Assembly (NCBI GenBank): GCA_964016885.1
Contig: OZ024753.1
Span: 39,866,001-39,930,000 of the forward strand
DNA: 64,000 nucleotides
DNA from: Eledone cirrhosa
Lineage: Eukaryota
Direction: 5' to 3'
A model generated the notes under the pieces. That model was given only the letters and a program-made list of their open reading frames with translations. It had not been told where the DNA came from and ran no database searches. The translations under genes were made by a program, and so were the position numbers. How positions within the stretch are numbered: position 1 is the stretch's first letter; every line of letters starts with the position of its first letter. Shown here piece by piece: positions 12,989 through 25,443 of this stretch.

Positions 12989-13619
12989 ATTTTCTTAGAA
13001 AAGAGGTAGTGGGTTTGAAATTTCAGCTTTGTTCGCCTCACCTTAGCTATATGTCTGGTGTGTTATGGATGAATTTACGTTCAGGTTTAAGACAATTGGT
13101 CTGAGTTACACACACAGATTTACACTGAGGCAGGCACGCACGCACGCCAAGATACAAAGACACACACACAGAAACGCAGGCAGACACACACCGAGACGGG
13201 CATACACACAGAGAAACAGGTGCAGTCAAACACACATACATACATACATACATACATGTATATATATAGAGAGAGGGGGGGGGTGTATATATAGATAGAG
13301 AACGAGGGATGGGGAGAGAGAGAGGAAAAGAGACAGGTTGTGAGAGAGAGTGTGCTTAGCAGTGTGAAAGAGTGATGTTATATTATGTCATACTGGTACA
13401 GTGTCAACTGAGACGTGTTGACACATACTGCTGCTACTGCTGCTACTACTACTATTGCTACTGCTGCTACTATTACTGCGGTTGCTAGTATTGCTACTGC
13501 TGCTACTACTATTACTACTACCACTGCAGCAGCAGCAATAGCAGCAGCAGCCCCAGGTGTCGGGTGACTAATGATTAAAATGTCAGGCATGTATTAACGT
13601 TTGACATTGAAGGTGTGTG

Positions 13620-14320
13620 TTGGGGGGAGAGAGATGATGTGTGTGTGTGTGTGTGTGTGAGAGAGGGTGAGAGAGAGTTGTGTATGAGAGAGGGAGTTGA
13701 GAGAAGGTGTGAGAGAGATGTCTGTGGGAGAGAGAGGTGAGAAAGAGATCTGAGAGGGAGAGATGAGAGAGAGACGTGTGTGTGTGAGAGAGAGAGATGT
13801 GTGTGTGTGTGAGAAAGATCTAAGAGAGAGAGATGTGTGTATGAGAGAAAGAGATCTGAGAGCGGGAGAGATGAGAGAGAGACGTGTGTGTGTGAGAGAG
13901 AGAGATGTGTGTGTGTGTGAGAAAGATCTAAGAGAGAGAGAGAGAGGTGTGTATGAGAGAGATCTGAGAGAGGGAGAGAGAGACGTGTGTGTGTGAGAGA
14001 GAAAGATCTGGGAGAGAGAGAGAGAGATGTGTGTGTGTGAGAGAAAGATCTAAGAGAGAGAGAGAGGTGTGTGTGAGAGAAAGAGATCTGAGAGAGGGAG
14101 AGATGAGAGAGAGACGTGTGTGTGTGAGAGAGAGAGATGTGTGTGTGTGTGTGAGAAAGATCTAAGAGAGAGAGAGAGAGGTGTGTATGAGAGAGATCTG
14201 AGAGAGGGAGAGAGAGACGTGTGTGTGTGAGAGAGAAAGATCTGGGAGAGAAAGATCTAAGAGAGAGAGAGAGGTGTGTGTGAGAGAAAGAGATCTGAGA
14301 GAGGGTGAGAGATAAGAGGG
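13620..14320. repeat. (GA)/(GT) compound minisatellite
   Basis: Recurrent GAGAAAGATCT, GAGACGTGTGT units. Confidence 0.9.
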
Positions 14321-14454
14321 TGATGGCTGTAACGATAGACGGGGGGGGGGACGGTACATACATTTTCTTTTAATTAATTATTAATTATTTAACCCGCCAG
14401 ATAAACTCCTCATTCTACAGATCTATTATCAAGTACATTCCATCCAAGACCACC

Positions 14455-14658
14455 TCCATCGGTAGATCATCAGACACCATGCTTTACAGCGTAGAGTTAA
14501 GGCCTTTTACGTTCTGAGTTAAAATCCCGCCGAGGTTAACTTTGCCTTTCATCCTTACGGGATCGATAAAATAAAGTACCAGTAATACACTGCGGTTAAT
14601 TTACTCGACTTTCCCCCTCACCCACGATTGTTGGCCTTGTGCCTATAGTAGAAATTAT
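14455..14658 (+). mobile_element. SINE copy (longer-body variant, like 9280-9428)
   Basis: Family core plus TTTA..CGACTTT.CCCC insert. Confidence 0.85.
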
Positions 14659-15920
14659 TGTCAAGGTGGTTTGGTGGTGACAAGCTAGATGAGTGATTAA
14701 ATGTCTAACAGTATTAATGTACATCTTTAGTTACTTTACATACTTTAGAAACTTTACTAGCAGGTGGTTTCAAATTTGGACGTGGATGGAATTTCTAGAA
14801 GGTCGAACGAGCGACCAAGTGAAAGACCTTCACATGGGCTAGTCGAGAAGTTTGTCCTTCCAACTGGCACATTGGTTTGGAAGGAGAAACATTGTCAAAC
14901 TTCTGCTGCTGTTGTTGCTGCTGTTCCCGCCTGCTGCTGCTGCTGTTGTTATTGCACTGAATATTGTAAATGAGTTTCATATTCATAGTTACCTTAAAAC
15001 CTCTTTCTCTCTCCCACGCACAACACTCTCCCCCTCTCTCCCCCTCACACACTCTCACTCTATCTCTCTCTCCCTCCCTAACACACTCTCTCTATCTCAC
15101 ACTATCTCTCTATCTGTCTCTTTCTCTCTCACTCTTTCTCTCTCTCTCTCTCTCTCACTCTTTTTCTCCCCATTTCTCTATCCCTCACTCGGTTTGTTTC
15201 TCTCACTCTTTCTCTCACACACACACACACACACACACACAAACCTCTCTATCTATCTATCTCTCTCTCACCCCTCACACACACTCTCTCTCTCTCTCTC
15301 TCTCTCTCGCTCCCTCCGACTGACTCCTTCTTTCTTTCTTTCCATTAATGTACCGCATTTCACGTTTAATAGCGTTCCGCCTACTTCCCGGCCAAGCAGC
15401 CTACTGCAGTAGGGGTGGTTCGTTTGCGTGATAAGGGCCCATCATCATGGAAGGGGAAAGAAAGTGGGAAGGAAAGAAGCAAGGAAGGCAGGATGTAACG
15501 AGGAGCAGGTCACCTAATAAGAGTCAACTGTACTATTCGATTTCAGGTCAGCGGTCATACAAAATGACGCAATTACCGAAACAAGTAGCTGAGAGATTGG
15601 GAGTTGTTGGGGGCAAAAGGTAATCAAGCAGACCTATGACCAAAGACCTTCCAGTTGTGACAATAAATTATTTTAATACTAAACAGGGTTAACTCTACAG
15701 GTTCATATATGGTGGGGCAGCAATCTATTCTATCGGGGTTGATGTTCTTGATAACTAAATTGCCCCCTTCAGAAGTCTAATTTATGAAAAAAAACCCCCA
15801 CAAAATTAAATAAATGTTAGATAACGATTATATATATATATATATAGCTGTCGAAACGGCCGGAGCTCAGCTGTCGGGGACTTGACTCTTTTCCTATATA
15901 TATATATATATATATATATA

Positions 15921-16080
15921 CGACGGGCTTTCTCAGAGCGTCCGTGTACCAAGTATCACCCACATGGAATTGGTTAATTCAAGGCTATGGTAGAAGATAC
16001 TTGCTCTATGCGGACTCTCAATAGGATTGACCCCAAAGACAAGTTACTGCGGAGCGAATATCTTAATCAGAGAGCCATAC
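15921..16080 (-). mobile_element. Degenerate second SINE family (CORE-SINE-like)
   Basis: CGACGGGCTTTCTCAG..CCGT.TACCAA....GGCTATGGTAGAAGATACTTGC pattern with a decayed tRNA-like head. Confidence 0.55.
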
Positions 16081-16109
16081 TTGAGCTTATGTTGTTGTTG
16101 TTCTTCTTC

Positions 16110-16367
16110 TTCGCCCAATTACTCCTGGGAAGGTTGTTGGGGGTAGAACAGAGTCCTCAAACACTCCTTCCATCGGGCCCTGTCAGAAGCAACTGTCTCC
16201 AACCGATCCGGTTGGGTCCCCAAGCGAGACCACCCAAGTTCATTTATGTTTTCCAGCCCTCTTACTCGGTGCCTATCCCTGGGTGTCCAGCTGGTTGGTT
16301 ATGCCCGTAAAATCTGTCCAACGATTCTTTCCTGAGACATTCTAAGCACATAAACACATGCCCATAG
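16110..16367 (-). mobile_element. RTE-like LINE 3' end (second copy 56790-56985, plus)
   Basis: The two copies align in opposite orientation; translation YGHVVRMSQERIAGQI...TATSDRSRWKVCLRTLPP. Confidence 0.7.
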
Positions 16368-16912
16368 AAAACTGAGATGCTTATGTTATGTAAGTAATTC
16401 TAATTTCTAATACAATGGAATTACGCAATTCGCGTTTAAATGTACTTATAACCTCTGTGTATATTATATATTTTATGTAAAAATAACTGTTGAGTGGTGA
16501 AAAGGTAATAGATTAATCAATTACAAATATACACAGAGTAATACAATTATATATGTCGATAATGTTTTCCTGTAGTGCTATTTTTATAATATTTGTGTAT
16601 ATGGGTTCGTTCATGAATTCGTTCAAAAGTTAATGAAGTATTTCAACACAACAGAATAATATAGGCAAATATTCTATAGTTATATTCTATATAAGTGATT
16701 TAATATATACGTATATCTTTTATGCAGTTAGTATATCTGACTTCATTCGTATGTCTGTGACGCTTAAGTTGTGTCTGTGTGTCCGTAACAGGCTATTGAG
16801 AGTAGCAGTCTACGAATATACAAGGGTCGGCTGAAAACTTCATAAGTTGACCAACAAACCAATATAAATAAATAAATACATTATCGGAGAAAGATTTTAG
16901 CGATACTCCGGC

Positions 16913-16951
<39 letters not shown>

Positions 16952-16954
<3 letters not shown>

Positions 16955-17098
16955 AAAGTGTGGTAAGGAACCAGGTGGACCATAACGTACCAGAGTACTC
17001 GATACATGGGGTGGGTAGTAGAGTGGGTAATAGGAAAAGAGTCAGGATCTAGTGTCAAAACGACCGGAGCTCAGCCGTCGGGGTCCTGACTTTTTTCC
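16952..17098 (-). mobile_element. Family A subfamily 2 fold-back copy (also 15847-15893, 19049-19243, 47602-47731)
   Basis: GGAAAAGAGTCAGG / CCTGACT(C)TTTTCC inverted arms, body homologous to family A, (TA)n flanks. Confidence 0.78.
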
Positions 17099-17398
17099 TA
17101 TATATATATATAATTCCAATAATTGCAAGTTTGAATCTGACATGCAAAAACATATATATATGAATAAGGTATCATGGTAGATTCAAATATCTCAGAGAGA
17201 AAGAGTGAGGGGAGTAGGGAGAAATGAGGTGCGACAGAAATGAAACATGGATTACAGGTTAAAATATAGTCTAGATAGATGTGAAAGAAAACGATGATGT
17301 AGTTTATGGAACACCCAAATGATTTAGAAGTCGACCTTAAGTAGGAGCAATAACATTAAGAAAGACATGAACGACACCACATTATTTTCTATTAACAA

Positions 17399-17691
17399 TT
17401 TTGAAAGTAGGTTTTCTAAGTATGAATTTTCATAAGATTTTCGTAGCATTCTCAGTGGCCTAGTGGTAGGAGCTAGACGGTGGAGATATTGGTCTTGGTT
17501 TCAATCCTGCTCAAAGGTACATGTAACTTTTTTTCAGTTTTTATTTTGCAACCAATAGACAAAAACTGAAAAATTTTACCGGGATCGAACTTCAGACCAG
17601 GATCACCACCGGATATGATTCTTCCAACTTGGCCGCCGAGAGAGCTACAAAAGTATAATGAAAATTAATAATTATAAACCTACTTTCAAAA
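17399..17691. mobile_element. Degenerate ~290-bp palindrome with a tRNA-like segment in each arm
   Basis: TTTTGAAAGTAGGTTT ... AAACCTACTTTCAAAA termini; TGGCCTAGTGG..GGTTTCAATCC in the left arm mirrored by GGATCGAAC..CCAACTTGGCC; TTTTTCAGTTTTT/AAAAACTGAAAAA near the centre. Confidence 0.65.
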
Positions 17692-17989
17692 TCAAAATTA
17701 AAAAGATATATATAACTATATATTGGTAAACCGGATAAGATCTGAATTAAGAATGATTAATTAATGTTGACTTCGGTTAACCTCTCTGAGTATCAGCATT
17801 TTAAGGGTGTTTATATATTCTGGATGCGGCTGGTGAGTAAGCAGCACTCACCATATTGATAAATTGATCTGTAAATATTTAGCTCAATCGATATTATAAT
17901 CACGTTTTAACTCTACAAAATTCTTCAGCAATGTTGGTATTGTCACTGCTTCCGTTTCTCGTTCTCCCCCATTTCTCACTGTTATAAGC

Positions 17990-18272
17990 AAATGGGGAAT
18001 CACGCGCTGGCCGCCCATAGGTCGCAGCGGATAGAACAGAGAAGGCGTTTGCCCGGAGAATGGCGAGGGAGACGCGCTGGAAGACCCTTTCCATCTCGCG
18101 AGGCTCACATCTGTGAGTAGCCAGCTCTATGCCGATGATAGTGAGTATTGACGCGGTTCTAGGTCCATGAACCCCAGAAGACTCCACTGTTACGTACTCG
18201 ACCGCAAACCTGCCAGAGAGGGATCTATATTTGGAGAGTTTACTCTCCTCGGCCCTAGGTGCTGCTGCCCTG
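17990..18272 (-). mobile_element. CRE-like non-LTR retrotransposon C-terminal restriction-like endonuclease fragment
   Basis: AAPRAEESKLSKYRSL...VTVESSGVHGP...EPREMERVFQRVSLAILRANAFSVL fits the E..K..KY / VET.G..G / FQRLS.A.QRGNA pattern. Confidence 0.75.
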
Positions 18273-19004
18273 AACATAAAACAGCAAGTTTTATGTATCA
18301 TGGCGGAATGGCGGAATAACAGGGGAATGATAAAAATATTGACCGAAATTGTCTCACAATTCTCTATTACATTCTTTCTTCGTTATTCGCTCTTACGTTG
18401 TTCTATGAGGAATATAAACTTTCTTTTTAGTACACTGCACTCCCTGTTAGCTAAATGACCTCTTAATTTGTCTACTACTAATTGATTTCCCCTCCTTTTC
18501 CTGTTTCTTTAATCCAATTCAATCTGTTATCTATATAAGACTTATTATTTTCTTATTCGCTTTCACACTCCACTGAATTTTTGTGGTAAGTATTTACAGC
18601 ATAAATTCGTTGGAATCATATTAACTAAAATATATTTTCTTTATAATAATTCTGTTTTTGCAGTTCATAATACAATCTTGCCATAATTTGCTTCCAAATC
18701 CAATAATATGTACTCAGAAACGGTATGACAGTGTTCACATTGAAAATAACTACGCTATACAACACGTCGTAATTTGTGTCTTCCCTGCAAGTCTTGTTGG
18801 AATTGCTGTGATTACGTAGCTCTCAACCTTATATTGTACACCAGGGCTGATATAGATAGATAGATAGAGAGAGAACTTATATTGTAGATGAGGGCTGAGA
18901 GAGTAGGAGAGAGAGCGAGAGAGGGGGGTGGGGGGTAGAGAGAGAGACAGCTTATATTTTACATCACGGCTTCAAGAGAGAAAGGGAGGGGAAGAAGTGA
19001 GTGA

Positions 19005-19050
<46 letters not shown>

Positions 19051-19628
19051 AAAAGAGTCAGGACCCCCCCCCCGACCCGTTCCGACAGCTAGATCCGAAC
19101 ACTGAGTTCGGATCTAGCTGTCGAAACAGCCGGAACTCGGCCGTCGGGGTCTTGATTCTTTTCCTATTACTCATTCTACTACCCTAAGTATCGAAAACTG
19201 GTGCGTTATGGTGCAGCTGGTTCCTTACCACACTTTATTTGTTATATATATATAATAGAGAGAGATAGTAATAATCTAAAGAAGAAGCATATGAACCTAT
19301 CTATGAACTAGAAACTGATATTTATAAAGACGGTAGACAAGTACCTCGTGATTGAGAAGATTACTATGTTGAAAACAAATACACTACATTTGGTTTCAAA
19401 TATATTAAGAAAACGAACATAGATGACAACGAAAACAAAGTAATATAAAACAGACAACTCTATAAAGATCCCTACTTCAGATAGGGCCTAGAGTTTGATA
19501 AAATTTAGGCAGCTGAACGTCAGTGGTGCCAATAGCTGTAAATAAAGAGCTACTGGTGAACGATGTCGTTAAAAAAAAACGAACAGCGTGTATACACCAT
19601 CAACTGTGACAAACTAGACGAGATATAT

Positions 19629-20069
19629 CAGAGGTTCTGAGAGTAGGCGCTACCGCCTCCTGGGTGGTGGTGGGGGCTGGAGCCTAAGGGGTGGTGGGGG
19701 TTTGACAGTAGAGATGATATAATAGTATCTTCTCTCTGACGCTAAATTCCGCCAGTTGCAGACTGCGCATTAACATTTGTTATCTCTCTCGACAAAGTTC
19801 GATCACCAGCAGCAGAGTTCAAAGCGCAAAGATCAACTCCAGTCCATATAATAGTTTATTAAATATCAAATGATACAAAATAGAGAAAAAAAATAAATAT
19901 ATGATATTTATTTATATATATTATATTATTTATTATATATAAATTAACGATTTTATTTATTATATATTATTTACAATTTACGTGTAGATTCGTCTCTCTA
20001 GAAATAGGGGTGGGGTCGCTGAGGATATTACCTGGCCGTAAGGTGGCCCCAAAAGTTTCAGAACCTCTG
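19629..20069. mobile_element. hAT-type non-autonomous DNA transposon
   Basis: TIRs CAGAGGTTCTGA / TCAGAACCTCTG; 8-bp flanks AGATATAT and AGATAGAT (7/8 identical). Confidence 0.75.
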
Positions 20070-20254
20070 AGATAGATGAAGGCGATATCAAAGAGATAGA
20101 AGATGTATCAGAAAACTAAGTAGAGCTTAATAAAACGTGAAGGAAAACGAAACCGTGTTGCGACCAGCAATAGAAAGACCAATGGACACATTGTTTCCTT
20201 ATTTCGATTTGACGAGGTCCACTCGGCAAGCGAATGAGGCTTGGAATCTTGTCG

Positions 20255-20285
<31 letters not shown>

Positions 20286-20287
<2 letters not shown>

Positions 20288-20493
20288 CGAAGGAAATGTG
20301 GTAAGGAACCAGATGGACCATAATGCACCAAAGTACTCAATACTTAGGGTAGTAGAGTGGGTAATAGGAACGAGTAGGACCCCGACAGCAGAGCTGAAGC
20401 CGTTTCGACGGCTAATTCTGGACTAAAATCATTTTAGTCCAGAATTAGCCGTCGAAACGGCTTGAGCTCAGCCGTCGGGGTCCTACTCGTTCC
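20286..20493 (-). mobile_element. Family A fold-back copy (also 47998-48169, 55543-55729 plus, 58022-58154)
   Basis: ~60-bp inverted arms centred on GGACTAAAATCATTTTAGTCC; (TA)n flanks. Confidence 0.82.
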
Positions 20494-20975
20494 TATATAT
20501 ATATATATATATGTATGTAAACTCCCCATTTGTATTTGTCCCCTTTTTTTGTGCCCTTGTGGCTAATAAAGAAATTTATATATGTATATATATATGTGTG
20601 TGTGTGTGTGTGACTACGTGGTGTGTATGTATGAGTATTACGGACAAATAAAGGAAGACTTTGCGGTCTCTACTTCAATTTATCATTAAAAGTACGTCTG
20701 TTTGTATGTATTTGTATATAATTGAGTGTTAGTGAGGGTTTGTGGACATATCTGTGAGTATGTTTGTGTATGCACGTATCTATATGAGCGTGTGTGTGTG
20801 TGTGTGTGTAATTCTCTTTCTCTCGCTCATTTTCTCTCTATTTATCTAACTCTAGCTTTCTCTGTATATCTCTTTCTCTCTCTCTAGTCCTGTAGAAGCC
20901 TTTCTATATCGAATATTTAAACTCTGCTATGTACCTTACCCCAGATTGAACCCGGGATAAACATATATATATATA

Positions 20976-21273
20976 AGGAAAAAAGATGAAAACGAAAATG
21001 CAACAGGAGTCTTTTAAAAAAAAATTATTTGGTTCCTTTACCGGTTTCGGAGTTGTGCTTTTCAAAAGTAATTGAGATGGAGGGTTTGTGGTTCCATCTC
21101 AATTCTACTTTTGAAAAGCACAAGAACTGCGAAACCGGTAAAGGAACGAAATAAATATATTTAAAAAAAGACTCCAGTTGCATTTTCGATTTCATCTTTT
21201 TTCCTTACACTTTCACTCGTGTAGGACACCGTTTTTTTTTTTTTTCATTTTGTAAAAAAAAACCTCACTTTCT
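20976..21273 (+). mobile_element. (TA)n-embedded fold-back element family F
   Basis: 20976-21081 is an inverted copy of ~21093-21207; a unique tail follows. Confidence 0.8.
21103..21146 (+). ncRNA. Hammerhead motif, U3-A8 core variant
   Basis: TTC(TA)CTT-TTGAAAA-GCA caagaac TGC-GAAA-CCGG-TA-AAGGAA. Confidence 0.6.
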
Positions 21274-21287
21274 AATATATATATATA

Positions 21288-21544
21288 TAAGCTATCGCCG
21301 TATTTTGACTAAAGATTAAAGAGATTATTTAGCCTGATAGTGGGGTTAAGAACCCTCGGAGAAATGGAAAAAGATGAGTATTGAAATACATTTTCGTCAA
21401 TAATCATCTTTTTCCATTTCTCCGAGGGTTCTTAACCCCACTATCAGGCTAAATAATCTCTTTAATTTCTTTAGTCAAAATACGGCGATAGCTTACATTT
21501 ATAATAATTTCAAACCCGCTCGCTGTTTCGAAAATATTCTTACT

Positions 21545-21548
<4 letters not shown>
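21288..21548 (+). mobile_element. (TA)n-embedded fold-back element family G
   Basis: ~90-bp arms 21288-21377 and 21404-21495, followed by a ~50-bp unique tail. Confidence 0.82.
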
Positions 21549-21588
<40 letters not shown>

Positions 21589-21589
<1 letters not shown>

Positions 21590-21778
21590 GTTTAATATAG
21601 AAATGACTTTTACAGGACATGAAATGTTTCATTCAAAATAAATCATAAAGCCTTTTTTCTTTTGAATGAAACAGTTCTAGTCCTGTAGAAGCCATTTCTA
21701 TATTACACAGGATATTTACACTCTATTAATGTATTGAGTGCCTTCCTTAGTATGGTTACCCTGATTGAACCCGGGATT
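21589..21778 (+). mobile_element. Family C fold-back copy (also 20883-20962, 27964-28100)
   Basis: GAAACAGTTCTAGTCCTGTAGAAGCC...GATTGAACCCGGGATA shared 3' end. Confidence 0.8.
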
Positions 21779-22879
21779 CACACACACTCATATATATATA
21801 TATATACACACATACAATATAACAATCTATTATATATACAGCCGACAAGCTGCGTGCGTGCGTGTATACAGACGCACACATACATACATACATGCACATA
21901 GAAGCACACATACATGCACATAGAAGCACACATACATTCTTACATATATACACACATACATTCATACACACATACTTACACATACATATACACATACACA
22001 CATGCACACATATAGATACATACAAACATACGCCACCTACGTACAATGAAGAGGAAGTGATATATTAAAACACTGTCAATTATATAGAGTAATAAAATGT
22101 AACAAATAATTTAGACACTTACACCTGTTAGTCTACCATTTCACCTCTGTCTCTTCCTCCTCTCTCTCTCACCCTCTCTCTCCCTCTCTATCTCTCTCTC
22201 TATCTCCCTCCTCTCCCTCTCTATCTCTCTATCTCACTTCGCTTCTCTTTCCATCCTCTCTCCCTCTCTATTTCACTCTCACTTCCCTTCTCTCTCCATC
22301 CTCTCTCTCTCTCTCTCTCCCACTATCCCCCCTACATCTCTCCCGCTATCACCCTCTCCACCTCTCTCTCTCCCCTCTCTTCCTCCTCTCTCTCGCCACC
22401 CCTAAATCTCTCCTTCTCTCTCCCTTCTCTTCCCCCTCCCCCTCTCTCTCTCCACCCCTAAATCTCTCCTTCTCTCTCCCCCTATCTCCCTCTCCACCTC
22501 TCTATCAGCCCCCTCTCTCTCAACCTCTAAATCTCTCCTTTTCTCTCCCCTCTCTCCTCCCCCCCACCTCCTCATTTCTCTCTTCCTCTTCACCCCCCCC
22601 CCTCTCTAATTTTTAACATACTCTCATACAGAATGCAATCTATATTAAAAAAACAACAACAAAAACAAACTTAAAAAGAAACCCCCATAAATAAACAAAT
22701 CTCTTCTATCGACATATCAATTGGGTGCAGCCATGGAAACTGATATCAAAACACTGATTAAATAGATACCGCACAGAGACCAGACAAATTAATAATTGGA
22801 GACAACGGCACATATCTTTATATATATATATATATATATATATATTCACTCACAAAACTCCGTAGAGTAGATGGACCAG

Positions 22880-22923
<44 letters not shown>

Positions 22924-23076
22924 TTAGATAGATATGTATATATATATGTATATATATATTTATTTATTTATATATATTTATTTATATATATATATTTATT
23001 TATTTATATATATATATTTATTTATATTTATATACATATTTATTTATATATATATTTATTTATATTTATATATATA

Positions 23077-23107
<31 letters not shown>

Positions 23108-24674
23108 TTATTTATATATATTTATTTATTTATATATATTTATTTATATATATATATATTTATTTATATATATATATTTATTTATATATATATTTTTTTA
23201 TATATATATATATTTATTTATATATATATATATATCTATTTATTTATATATATATATATTTATTTATTTATATATATATATATTTATTTATTTATATATA
23301 TATATATTTATTTATATATATATATATATATTTATTTATATATATATATATTTATTTATTTATATATATATATTTATTTATATATATTTATTTATTTATA
23401 TATATATATATATTTATATATATATTTATTTATATATATATATATATTTATTTATATATATATATATATATTTATTTATTTATATATATTTATTTATTTA
23501 TATATATATATTTATTTATATATATATATTTATTTATTTATATATATATATATTTATTTATATATATATATTTATTTATATATATATATTTATTTATTTA
23601 TATATATATATTTATTTATTTATATATATATATTTATTTATTTATATATATATATTTATTTATATATATATTTATTTATTTATATATATATATATTTATT
23701 TATATATATATATTTATTTATTTATATATATATATTTATTTATATATATATATTTATTTATATATATATATTTATTTATATATATATATATTTATTTATA
23801 TATATATATATTTATTTATATATATATTTATTTATATATATATTTATTTATTTATATATATATTTATTTATTTATATATATATTTATTTATTTATATATA
23901 TATATTTATTTATTTATATATATATATTTATTTATTTATATATATATATATATTTATTTATATATATATATATATTTATTTATTTATATATATATATATA
24001 TATTTATTTATTTATATATATATATATATATTTATTTATTTATATATATATATATTTATTTATTTATATATATATTTATTTATTTATTTATATATATATA
24101 TATTTATTTATTTATATATATATATTTATTTATTTATATATATATATTATTTATTTATTTATATATATATATATATTTATTTATTTATATATATATATAT
24201 ATTTATTTATTTATATATATATTTATTTATTTATTTATATATATATTTATTTATTTATTTATATATTTATTTATTTATATATATATTTATTTATTTATAT
24301 ATATATATATATTTATTTATTTATTTATATATATATTTATTTATTTATATATATATTTATTTATTTATATATATATATATTTATTTATTTATATATATAT
24401 ATATTTATTTATTTATATATATATATTTATTTATATATATATATTTATTTATATATATATATATTTATTTATTTATATATATATATATTTATTTATTTAT
24501 ATATATATATATTTATTTATTTATATATATATATATTTATTTATTTATATATATATATATTTATTTATTTATATATATATATATTTATTTATTTATATAT
24601 ATATATATTTATTTATTTATATATATATATATATTTATTTTTATTTATTTATTTATATATTTATATATATATAT
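22880..24674. repeat. 1.8-kb (TA)n/(TTTA)n compound microsatellite
   Basis: Almost purely A/T; source of the 601-aa and 580-aa artefact ORFs. Confidence 0.97.
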
Positions 24675-25261
24675 GAAAACGAATATCGATGAACTTTCTG
24701 TTACATGTTTATGTTTTTATTGAGTATCGACCTGTTACGCGCGTTTCGCAGATGATAGGTTCAAGTTCACGTTGGGCACCTATTGACCCGATTCCAGCAT
24801 CGATCTGCTCGTCAGGTTGATGATTCAACAACAAAAAAACAATCTCATCCACTAAATCACCTATTATATATATATAAAAATAAAACTACTGTGTTATTTT
24901 TTCTAGACAGTAATCTTGCGAACAAATATCTTCCGCACCCTGTATATGTTTTTGTATATACATATGTATATATAAGTGTGTGTGTATATATATATATATT
25001 AATTCATATTATTAATTACTAACTTCAGTTATCTTTACTCTGGGGGGGTATGATGAAACCCCTTATCGAATAACTTGCTATACCAGTGTTCTTCGCAGAT
25101 ACTGGTTCAAAGGTATAAACTATTTTTAGAAATGTCTTTGAAGAACTCGTCTTCATATCGTTATCGTAGTTTAGCCTTAGGTATTTTCTGATTAATTAGA
25201 CGTAAAATGAAAATACTGAAGCCATTATTATTCAGTACTATTTTTTAAGGTTTATTATATA

Positions 25262-25443
25262 TAGGTAGTATCGGTAGAGGGTCGGACGCCATGCTTTGGA
25301 GCATAGAGTTACGGCCCTTTATGATCTGAGTTCAAATCCCACGGAGGTTAACTTTGCCTTTCATCCTTACTGGGTCGAGAAAATAAAGTACCAGTAATGT
25401 ACTGGAATAATTGCTAGCCTTGTGCCAAAAGTAGAAACAATTA
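25262..25443 (+). mobile_element. SINE copy (further partial copies 27089-27200-, 27517-27596-, 29627-29750+)
   Basis: Family consensus match. Confidence 0.9.

Noticed and set aside
13378-15560. Possible exons at ~13395-13570, 14764-14970 and 15340-15520
   Set aside because: Short open frames on both strands, weak splice signals, low-complexity peptides and no recognisable domain
22918-24723. 601-aa and 580-aa YI-rich ORFs, and similar ORFs at 5705, 30051 and 45058
   Set aside because: Translations of (TA)n-based microsatellites
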